A DNA stretch of 63,253 nucleotides, the filler included, from Phoronis australis (lineage: Eukaryota; Animalia; Phoronida): assembly GCA_002633005.1 (NCBI GenBank). It is 5 parts of 5 records of this genome, joined end to end, with 100 filler letters (N's around TTAATTAATTAA, not from the genome) between each part and the next. Parts side by side here need not be neighbours in the genome. Positions count along the whole stretch, not along the records: positions 1 to 31,962 come from NMRA01000117.1; 4 more parts are not named here. One strand, written 5' to 3'. Under the pieces are notes generated by a model. The model ran no database searches. It had not been told where the DNA came from and saw only the letters and a program-made list of their open reading frames with translations. This document shows positions 1 to 12,200 of this stretch, one piece after another (the first letter of the stretch is position 1; each line of letters opens with the position of its first letter). A program made the position numbers and the translations under genes.

Positions 1-106
1 CTTTACCCGCCTATGCTTGACTAACAATCCCCATACCAAAGCCGTGAATGTAACCGTGGGGCATCTTGCCATTGACTTTGATATCTTAAGATTCAAACTA
101 TCGCAG

Positions 107-224
107 ATCACAGTGTGTCTATGGAAAAACGACCAAAAACGGTCCCGACAACACAAACGACCTATCGGCTGCCTGGTTCCAGAACAAATCGATAACTTTT
201 GAAGGAAAGTTCACGCAATGGAAG
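107..224 (+). CDS. Gene A exon, N-terminal C2/MNNL-like domain part 1
   Basis: Acceptor tcgcag|a and donor aag|gtaagg. Peptide SQCVYGKTTKNGPDNTNDLSAAWFQNKSITFEGKFTQWK resembles the Delta CxYG...IxFxFxFTW pattern. The phase-0 end matches the next exon. Confidence 0.7.
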
Positions 225-3200
225 GTAAGGTCAAGAATGGTTTTCAGAAAATTAATGTGATATTGGAGGCAATTCTCCTGGTGAAAGCCTGTAATGATTG
301 AGACTAACTTCACTTCACTGCCAAAAATTAATGTCTTTAACTTAACTCCATATATTACGTTTTCATAGCTTACGTTGTTTTATCCATATATGCTTAAATA
401 CGGGCATTCAATAACCCATGAAATATACCATGAAATACTGGAAACTAGACTGAGCCAATCCGCATACAACTGGAGAAGCCGTATTTCACGGTTGGAGGGT
501 GTGTAGTCTCCTGGTGGCCGGAGTAAATTAACTTGTGCAACGCCAAATGAGATTGGGTTCATTTGGATTACCTGAAACATTCACCCAAGGCGTTGTTCCT
601 GAAAAAGCAGTTTTACGGCTCTAACAACATCAAATCAAAGATTGACTGATTAAACTTCCGATGCACGGTCTATTTTAGGCCCCATAGCTTCAATCTGGGT
701 CATCATAAATAGGCCAATAGCAGGCTAACAAAAATCCGCCAAACATCTTATTCAAATCAAACGAAAAAAGTTTCGTTATGAATGCAGTATATCTCCACTG
801 AGATGTTTACTGTAAATTGCCACTTACTTATCCAGCATGTGTTTCTTCTCACACAATCGTCTGCTCTCTGCGTTCCTCGACTTTCACTCGGTGGTAGCGT
901 AAAATCTGTTCTTTGCGATACAGTCCTTACCTCAAGTTATGCTAATCAACACAGTTTTCACCGTTATTTTCCAGTGCTGTGATCAAGACGGGGGGAATAT
1001 TTTTATTACTACTTCCATTGCAGAAGCTAAGACATAAAAATAGACCAAGAAAGCTAAGAAGATATTAAAATATCTGCGCATTTGTGAGCTTTGGTCAAGA
1101 GACGTTACCAATTGTGTCCATTTTTACAAACTATGTCCGTTTTCAACCACTAAATTCATTTTCATTAGCTAAGTCGATTTTGATCTATTCAAATAGGTTT
1201 GGATAAAGTTTATTTTCACAAAACGGCCACTGATTCCGTTTTGGTCCATTATGCTAAATAAGTCGGTGGGCCCTGAGCCATTATGTTCATTTTGACCCAG
1301 AATGTCCATGTTGACTCATTATACTATCTTGAGTCACTATTTCCATTTTCAATAATTCTGTCCATTTTCACCATTTTATCTGTCAAGTTGGATTTGGTAT
1401 TCATTAGGTTTAACAATAATTTTGTATTTTACATAGGTGGTTTAAATCGGCCGTTTAATTCGTTTTGACCCATTGTGATGAAATGGACATAATCGGTTAC
1501 AGGGTCCTCATCCATAATCTTCATTTGAACCACTGTGCCCATTTTACTCATTGTGTCCATTTATGCAAACGCTATCTTTAAAAATGCATGAAGTTACTGC
1601 CGCAGCTTTAGGACATGGCGTACGTCCATGTTGAAAAAATATCGTAAAGCTTAGCACCAATAAAGAGATGATATGATTTACTCGTACTTTACACCATTAC
1701 CTATCTCGAACAAACACCCTGATGAATTTGGTAGTCCAAACAAATTACACATTGTTAGGGACCTGACTACACACGAAAGGTGGAGAACGACTAGTTGCTA
1801 TTTGACCGCACATTTGACAATGCAGTACCGGTATGTAAAAACTGAATTTTTGGAAGGCAAATAATCAGATAAACTCAGCCTATTTCCCTAAAATCCTTTA
1901 TTGGGGACAAATAAAACAACAAGAATAATAAACATTTTAAGTTGTATTGGGAATTTCAGGGTCACAGCTCTACAAATGAATATTTCACAGAAGGAACCAG
2001 ATGGGTTCCTTAATTACAAGAGATAACACACACACATTTCCGATACCCAAAGTGTAATTGAGTATCGGATACTAAGTGGCACAGGTTAGCATAGTACCAA
2101 ATGGGTACATAATACCAAATGGGTATTGGCCGATTGCCTACCAAATGGGTCGAGCAAAGCGGCAAATTCAATAACAAGTACCAAGTGGGTACAAACTGCC
2201 AAATGGGCAAATATCATATAAAGTACCAAGTGGGTACACCAAACAGCCAACTGGGCTATAACAACCTGCAAAGCAGGTTCCGGACAAGCGGAGTGAGCAG
2301 ACCAGCCGGAGTGATAAAAAGAGATATTGTAAGGAACGTGGTGTTGTGGCTCAGCATGTGCCGAGAGCTGTGACCGGGGTGGAGAGAAGCAAGCTGCAGT
2401 AATGGATGCTCAAGTACAGGTCTGGTCGCTAGCCAATGACGTCGGTTCTGGCCTGACGGTAACACGCTCCGGGCTTGAAGAAGGTATCAGCAGTGAATGT
2501 AAAAACAACAATAACCAACAGCAGATTTTGTTCTGCAAAAGGGGTGGAGCGTGGGAAAGGTAGTAAGCGGTTGACGTGAAATTTTATGGTACCCCGGGTA
2601 GGGAGGGCGGGGTAGGTATAAACTTTTCTAATTAGGAAAACTTACGAGTGAATGTACTGAAGCTTGAGGCTGGGCCAACAGGAAGCTGGAGAGAAAGAAC
2701 AAACAGCGCAACCATCGGACATGGTAGGAACTAACCAGGGCCCGGTCTCTAATCTTTGTACTCGAAACGAACTCGAAACTATTTTTGGCAATTTCTCTGC
2801 TCCTTTTGTGCTAACTTAAGATGATTGGTTTTCAGACTGTGCTCGAATACATTGTAGTTGATGCATAGGAGTTTCTAGTTCAAGTTTGCCCTTGAAGACC
2901 CTTATATTCGTCCTACAAATTCGAGTAAAAACTCGAAATTTCGAGTTCAAACTCGAACTTATTGCTTTAATATTGGGTTTACAAACTGTGAACTAAGGGC
3001 AATAAATTATCTACGTAAGTTATTGTGTACTCGAGCATAGAATAATAGACACTTATCTTGAGTTCGCCCAAAAGTAGAGTAGAAAATGCCAAACCTAATT
3101 TCGAGTTCCATTTCGAGTAAAAAGATTGGAGACCGGGCCCAGGATTTGGATATGAAGCATGAAGGGCTCTATAATGGTATTTGCCCAAATAATAGGATTT

Positions 3201-6200
3201 ATGTCAGAGTGCCATAAATCTCATTATATCAATTTTAGAAACTATTTTCGGATTCTGGTGGTGTGCGTTTTGTCCACCCTGCCAAGGAAGGTCACTTCTT
3301 GGAGGGTCACACGATGAAGGAATAATAAGAAAGAATCAGAAATGTTCATTGTATGTAGGCCTTGGCCTCGTAATACAGTTTACATTACAACGTTACAAAT
3401 GATAAAGTTTCAGGTCTTATTACAGTTGCTCCTGAAATATATGTCAGGTTTTTTAGTTCACACAGAATCACGACTTTGAAAAAATCTAACTGCTCTTGCA
3501 TCATCGGTCACATTCGTCAGCAAATTTCTGCGCACATCACCAAGGACAGGGCAGTGACACATAAAGTGAATCCTGTCTTCAATTTGACCAGTATTGCATA
3601 TTCCACAAATTCTCGTATCTTCGGTTAGACGTGCGTGCCACACTGTTTCAGTGTAAAGCTTGTGCATTGAGCATCTTAAACGAGCAAGTATTTTCCTTGA
3701 GTGGGGGTTTAAAACGCACGGATATTTTTCACACTGTAGTTCCTTTTTGATAGTACAATATAACTAATAATTAGTCGAATTATTGATTACACAGTGCCAA
3801 TTTTGTACGTCACAGTCAATTAATGTCTGATGAAATTCTGAAAGTAATAAGCCTACGTCACCCTTTCCGTATAACGCTAACTCTCCAAACCCGTAGGCGT
3901 ACAGTAGCATTTCTACAGAATATGCCCAGTTGTACCTGTCACCCGAAGAGACGTTGTTGCCTTAACATTTTGTAATACTTAATTGGACATCTGTAACTGA
4001 AGCAGCTTTGTGTAGGAAACAATAGGCTTAAAGTTATAGCAAGTATATATCTACCACACTCGCCCGTAGTCATGACATTTGGCGTCCTTTTGTTAAAACA
4101 CAAGGCATACTTGCAGATGCCTTTATGAACAATCTCTATAAAATTCACAATTGAGACAACCAAATCTCTGCATCATAGCTTAAATTGTTAGGGTTATGCT
4201 ATTAAACAGCTTAAAAAGGACTGAAAGTGTAACTGACAAACACGCCTTAGTGGAATTTTTAAATTAAAATGCTTCTCGAGCCTATATGCTGCAAGAACTT
4301 TGAAGGCTTGACTTCAATATTGAGACGACAGGAGAATGCAACACCTAGGTATTCATAATGCGGCTTGGTTTCAATTAATTTATCGCCAAAGTATCATTTT
4401 CGGCACAAGCACACTTGTAAGCAATGACATTTATTTTCTAGATTCACTGTAAGATGTCAATTTTCGAAAATTATTCAACCACGTTTATTAAGTTCTTGTT
4501 GCAGCTCAATCAACAATAGATCATCCGCAAAAAATAGTTAATCAATCTCACAATCAGTATTAATATAGATTCCTTTGCCATCACTCTCTCTTAAATTAGA
4601 GACCAGACCATTCATGAACATAGAGAATAACCATGGGCTTAGCATGCACCCTTGCCTGACAGCGGTTTTGCAACTAAAGTATGGATCAGTGTGACCGCGA
4701 ATTTTAACACAAGCCTCAACATCATGGTAAATGTTGCGCAATATTTTATACATTTTAGCGTGTATACCCTTCGCAAGTAACACATAAAACGGACGGGAAA
4801 CCTCGACGCTCTCAAATGCCTTGTCGAAATCAGCATATACACAGTAAAATTTCTAGTCGTTTTGTTAAGTCTTTCTGGATCAAAATTTGTAGTGAAAAAA
4901 TGTAGAATATCCTGCAAGAAACCCGGTCTGTTCCTCTGGGATGCATTTAGCGACGTTCGCCCATTCAGTGGGCTTCGTGTTGAGATTGAATGTAAATATT
5001 TTGTTTATACTAAGTTAAGACATTAGTCTAGTCTGTAGCTGCTTGGGTTACTCTTGTCTCATTTTTGTGTAGCGGTATGAAAATTCTCTTGGACCAAGCT
5101 TCAGGAAAAGTTATGGTGTTTAAAATTCTATTTAATTGATTGTGCAACACTGCAGTTAGGCTTTCGGCTGAGGATGACTTGAAAAATTCATTTGGTATAC
5201 CGTCCTCAACCGGCGATTGGCTATTTTTGAGAGATTGAACGGCTTTTGTAATTTCATTCTGGCGGATACTGTCATTTAAAATATGAAGGTCTTCGTAAAG
5301 AACATCGTTTGCACATTTCTCGCATTGAGCGTCATGGTCGTACAAGGTTTGGGCCACGGTCTCAGGAACTCTTCTATTTTCCTCTTTTCGTTGAGAACTA
5401 AACAAATCCTTAGAATAGCTGAACCACTCTCATTCTGACATTGAGGTAACCGAGACATAGCTTGGATTGGTTGATGATTTATTGTGCTCCAAAACTTGAC
5501 AGTATCCCAAACCTGATCACATAATTCACTTTGGCATTTGCCTTGGTACAATTTCTTCTTCTCTTTACACATTTTTAAATCCTTTTTTTACTTGTGTCTA
5601 CGTAGTTCGCCAGATCGTCAATATTTCTAGATCCTCTAAAACGCTTCATTGACGATCGCTTTTCTATCAGTTTCTGTTCACTTTCAATATCAAACCACAC
5701 AGGCTCAGTGTTTTCTTTAACACGTTCGATGGGATTTCTCGACATGTTCCTGCCACATGATCTCAAGCTATCCGACAAAAGTTCAATACTATTATTGACA
5801 TTTGTATTATTCAAAATTCCCGCCAGATTTACGTTTGACAATTTCTCTCTTATGTTCTTAACGAAATTCTCAGCAATAAGTTCTTTCCATTTGTATCAGA
5901 CCCATGGCGTCATTGCTATTTCTGGCTCGTTGAGTTGCTTTAGGACATTCCATTTCGTGTTTAACGTAGTTACATACAATCTCGAAGTGTAAAGACAAAT
6001 CATTTTTCATAACCTCAAAGTGGTAGATATTCTCAAATAAAGAGGTTTCTACCATGAAGTAGTCAACAGTACTACAACCTCTTGAAGAAAGGAACTTCAT
6101 TGTACCGTCGAGGACAACTTAGACCGGTCATTGACAATCTGAACTCCATTTACAGAACACAGGCTGGTTAACTCCTTCCCACAACTGGTTTGCATTTGTA

Positions 6201-9200
6201 TCTTCGTTTTTCCTGGGTAACTGAGTGTGAATATTATCACTTTGCTCTAGAATCAGAACATGGTTTACACTGTTGTCAGTAACGTAAACTTTCTCAGACC
6301 CAGTCCTCGCATCAAAATCATCAGTAAAAATCAACCTTGAATGTTTCAGCTCGTGGAACAGCTTCTCTTTTCGATTTTTTAATGATATTCAACCTTTCAT
6401 ATGAAGGATTCCCATTCAGACAAGGTCTTCTCTTGGGAAAGGGGGTGGCCCGGGGCAGTTGTCCCTTCATTTCCCTATAAATCCGGCACTATCAACCGTT
6501 CGCAAGGGGAAGAAGAACAGATAACAAATTCATCGTAAAAACAAATTCGTGCAGAGCAGAGCAGTATCTAGGCATTCAAGCCAGACAGCAAAATACAATA
6601 GGATAGTTTGTTGACGTAGGAACAAGATTAGGGGTTCGCAAATAGGAGATGAGAAAGGAATTAAGTCTTTCAATCAAATAAAAGGAATTGTTCGTTAACT
6701 TATCGATCTCATCCAGGGGCCCAATTGCTTCTCATTCAACAACCGCCACTATTTACAATGCTGTGGTACTGTTATGGGTACTAGGGCGGCTCCTCAATAT
6801 GCTAACCTGTTCAAGGGTTATCTAAAAGAGTCTTTTTTGAAACGTTATCTCCTCAAACTCCTTTTTCACGGATACCGACGTCGACGATATTTTTCTAATT
6901 TTGATCACGGTGGAGGTGAAATGATAAAAATTCTATGACGCTTTTAATGACTACCACCTCATGATAAAATTCAGTTTGGATTATTCCTTTGAGGAAAGTC
7001 AACTTTTCTCGATCAACTATCATAATTGCCTTCCCATTAACATTTACAGGAAGCCTTCTAATAGTAACAGCTATGTCCATTTTGATAGCTTCCACCCATT
7101 TCGCACTGAAAAAGAATCACCCATAGCCAATTCCTGAGATATCACAGCATCTGCTCCAGAGACGAGGCTTTAGATAACTTATCAGGCTTGCACAAGCCGC
7201 TCGCCAGTTCGCCATTGGCGAATTCTGAGCGTCACTGGGCACAGCAAATCAAATATCGTACACGAGTTCCCGTGTGATTCCCCCGCCGTCAGCTAGTGCT
7301 GTTGAAAACACAACTGACAATGACAACGACATTGGCTATGCTGGTGATGACAATAATCAGGAAGATTAAAACATTGAAGATCGATGTGTGAATGTGTAAA
7401 CTTCATATCAATCTGACGAAAAAGCGAAAGCGGAGTGATAGACTAAGAAAGCGTGGAAATGGCCAATACATGGACAGTTATTCGGTCAGTAAACATGGAA
7501 TAACTCGAGAACTATGGGTCATAGCAACAGTGCTGAATGAGATCCATCCACATAACAAATTTCAGAAATATCGTCGAGGAACAACAAAGATACAGAATGG
7601 GATCAGTTTATGAAGAGGTGGTGTTCGGCAAATATCAGATAAAGACCAGTAATTTGAAGCCGCATATTAACACCTTCAACAAGACCTTGACGATACCTAT
7701 ACACATAACAAATTTCAGATGATTTTCTCAAAGGACGCCGGAGCTAGAGTTACACGAAGCAAGATTTTTAAAATGGCTGTCACAGCGCTCTTTAACTTGC
7801 CGTGTTCCTTATTTCGCTAAACAACGACAGTTCTAGAGATAATTATGTTGTGTTCGATCAGACAATTGTAATGCAGCCTAAAAAAACAAAAGCAAGCAAA
7901 GGTAACATACACCGACGGGTCAGTAACGACGACAACACTGCCAATCGCAGTGGGTACATTTTGTTGCGGGTTCCCTCGGAAGTCCTTCATACTTGCGCAT
8001 GCTCGAACTTCTGCAACACGGTCATGTCTCATATGTAACTCACAAATCGGATAATGCCGTCAAACGCACCAGGTTGACAGGTTTAAACAAAAGTTAATAC
8101 ACCAGGAGAGATGGTTGAGGTAACAAAAATACCCGAAGAATTCTGAATGTCTATTCCATGAAACCGTTACCTTAATTGCGCATGTGCGAACTTCAGTCAT
8201 ATAGCCGTAAATTACGGCTCCAGTTTTGAAGTTCGCGCACACGCAGACAACCTTTGCCTACGAGAGCATCCCGTGAAACCCCTCGATTATTTTCGTAGCC
8301 TCAAATTTCTCTTCGGAAGTGGACGTTATCTGCCATGTGCAGAATTCAATTATACGGCAAGTCATGTGACTTTTAAACTGTATACTGTTGCTAAGTTCCC
8401 TTGTCACACTCATGTGACCATAGTGGCTGAACCAAGTCATGCAAGGTGTTTTGAACGGACTTGTAAAAGTAATTTTAGTCTGTAGTAAGAGGATACCTTT
8501 CCTGTTTAATAACCTTGTTGTTGGATCTTGGCTTTGTTTACTCCGCTGATGAAGGTTCAAGAACAAAAGTGTCTGACTATTCATGTGTTGCATTTGTCCT
8601 GATGATTAAAATCCTCACAAGTATTGTTGCTTCTTATATAAATGTATTGACGTTGAAACTAGGCCTAATATATACAGACTAGAGTATTTCATAATACCAG
8701 GAAAGGGTTACCAGGAATCCTGGTAATGACGTCCTGACAATACGGATGTTCAGTGGCCTAATGTAGTTAGGCGGTTATCGTCCTCAGGTACCTGGTATAC
8801 AGTAGCATTTCATTACAGAGCGGTGTGCGGATGAAGCTGACGGTAAATGACCGTCATATCTTCAAATCGAACTTAGTGGACAAGTTTGACTACACTCACA
8901 CCGATCGCCCTGCTCCTAGTGAGCAACTAGCAAAGTGGAACTCAACAGTGAAGCTGACGGGGACTGAATCAAGATCCAGAACACAGTAATTTCATTTGAA
9001 TTAATGGAGCTATAAACCTGCTTTCCCTAAAATCTTATTTTTAATTTAGGGTATTTTAGATGATGAACACTATATGATTCATCCAACTGAATTACGTGAT
9101 GTGAAAACTCTGTGACAAGACACCTAGAAAATCACTGAAATATTTTCGCGCTGTTGCAGAGGCACCTGGTTTCTTCGACTGGGTATTATAAACTGACTGG

Positions 9201-12200
9201 ATCCTTCAAAAAGTGCAGATTATACATGTAGGCTTTATGCGTGAGGTTATAGGCATGAAATTCATGATTTTGTCCCACTCTGTTTATTTGTGAAACTTAC
9301 AATTGGACTATTTTTGTGGGAACCAGAAGAAGAGGCAACATCGGGGAATGATTTCCGTGCGTTAAGAAGTTTTGATTTGTAATTGTTTACATTAGACCAC
9401 TTTACATTACAAAACTGGTCTCAACTTCTTCCTAGTTCAGATAAGAGCTAATTTCTGTGCTCCTGTAAAGAATTGACAGTTCGTCGATGCTTGAGATCCT
9501 CTGCTAGGCGCCATGAAAGCCAATTTATTGAGCCTAATTTCAAGCCGACTCTCAATTCTGCCACGCCAGAAATCAACCTTATTCGAATAGAAAACAAGCT
9601 GAGGCCTTTTAATAACATTTAGTCGCCCAACTCATTAGTTAGTTTTCTTGCGGAAGGCAGGCTTAGCAGTTTGAACACTGACTAACCACAGCAACAATAA
9701 CTGATAACTGAAGGCACTCCAAGTGCTGTCTTTTTGACACATGCCCATACCTCTGACGTGGCTCTGAGAAGAGCACTATCTAAATACGTATTACTGACAA
9801 ACAAGCGCCGTGCCTGTACTCAGGGACCACGACGGTTGTGAACAACGTACCTCCCCCGACAGTTGAGGTCATCTTAATTAGTAACCGCCCATGGACATTT
9901 GGGGAAGAGCATTTCGATTAAACTCTGTGTTTTGTAAAGATTTAATATTCTACCTGTCGTTCTATCTTAGGTTAAGCGTACAGTTTTTGACGTTCTGTGA
10001 CCCTGACTATTACGGTACAGACTGTGGTACGTTCTGTAAGGCGAGAGATGACAGCCAGGGACACTACACGTGTGATGCCAAGACTGGAAAGAAATTATGT
10101 CTGAGAGGTTGGTATAATGCTTAGCATGAGTTGTATTTCTATAATGCCTCTATGACATTTATAAGCGTGTATAGCTGGTGGCTGTAATTTTACGTGTTGT
10201 GCTTAACGGCGCTGAGGTTATTAGCAAAATGACTGTATGACACTACACTTGTGACGCCAAGACTGGAAATATGAGTGTGTCGACTAGGTATATATGTTTT
10301 ATAGCTCAGTTTTTGATATTTTCTCTTCACGATATTTAAAAATGCTACATATGTTGTCTTCAGAAAATTTGTTACAAGCAAATGTTTCATTCCATTTTAA
10401 TTTTCTTGCTCATGGAACAGCAGGAGGGAATTGTAAGTTGTATAAGCATGTCACGGGTTAGCATTACACAAATAAATGAATAGACCAGCGACTGCAGTTA
10501 AATCATATATTTTGCTTATCCCATCAGTACAGCCACATTTCACAAACTCCGATTCAAGACTGAGTCAAACCACGTGGCCCAAGAACCCGCTCGGACATTT
10601 GCATGTAAATAACTAGCCAACAAAGACCTTCCAGTAGACGTCACATCAGACTATGGATATTGACTCACGCTAAACAGGCAAGAGCCCGTCCCGTCACACA
10701 CTTCCCCCTTCAGAAAAATGGTGTCCCGACATTACAGAGTGAACTGCACTAAATTTTGACTAAATACAAGACACCTAAGAACAACAGATAATTGACAGTG
10801 AAAATAATAACATTACCATGGTCATATACAATCAAACAACAAAGACAATCAACTGGTACCAAAATCATGTAGCAACACTTCAAAAATGTAATTTGTGGGC
10901 ATACTTCTACCACAGCACGTATACTTAACAAGTGAACTCTAGGTTAAAGTACATGTAACTTTCACCGCAGACGGTGACTGTGAGGGTGGTCACTGTTACT
11001 GCAGACTGCCATGTTGAGCATGGTAAGGAGCTTTGTCTGATACTGGGTGCTGATAAATCTCAGACATACCACCATGCTCAAGGTAATGGATTATGTGAGC
11101 GCTTTAACCACACATTGTTGAATATGTTGGGTACACTACATGAGGATCAGAAATCCAAGTGGCCTAGCTATATTGCTAAGATGTGTTTTGCTTATAATGC
11201 CAGCCCTCAGGCTAGCACTGGAGATTCTCCATTTTACCTGATGTTCGGCCGGCATCCTGGTTTGATAATAGATGAGCAAATGAACATTAAACTTAAGTCC
11301 AGTAGTTCATGTGACAACATGACACAGAATGTTCAGGATATGAACAAGACTTTCAATACTGTTTTGACCAAGTGAATTTACGTATGAAGGACTGCCATAG
11401 GAAACAAGCAAAACAGTATAATCCTCCGGTGGTCACTCACTGATGTGTTACATACGGGAGATATTGTTATAGTTAAGAGAGATACATACTGGGAATGCAG
11501 TTTCACCAGTTGACAACTCTCTTGTATTTTTCAGGTTTCACCGGTGACCAGTGTAAAATAAACATAGACGAGTGTGCCAGTAACCCGTGTGTAAATGGTG
11601 CGACGTGTCAGGACGTTGTCAACGGATACAAGTGTAACTGTATACCGGGATATACTGGAGTGAATTGTGAAATTAACGTCGATGAATGTGTCAGCAACCC
11701 GTGTGTAAATGGAGCAACCTGTCAAGATCTCGTAAATGGATACAGATGTAACTGTATACCGGGATACAGTGGTGAGAATTGTGAAACTGACGTCAATGAG
11801 TGTGAAAGAAGCCCTTGTCTCAACAACGGGTCTTGTACTGACTTGGTTAATACGTTTACATGCCAATGTTTGTTGGGATTTAGCGGTGATCGCTGTGAGG
11901 AAAACATCGATGATTGTTTATCCGCAATTTGCAAAAATAACGCTACCTGTATAGATGGGATAAACTCGTATTACTGTAAGTGTCCAAGTGGTTATACTGG
12001 TGGAGTGTGCGAAACCGAGATTGATGTATGTGCAAGTTCGCCGTGCAAAAATAACGGAACATGTCAAGACCAGCTAAATGGCTACACCTGCCAGTGTCTA
12101 CCAGGTTTTACTGGCCCATCATGTGACGTTGACGTGAGTGACTGTGAAAATGCACGTTGCCTTAATAATGGCTCGTGTATAGACTTAGTTAATAATTACA

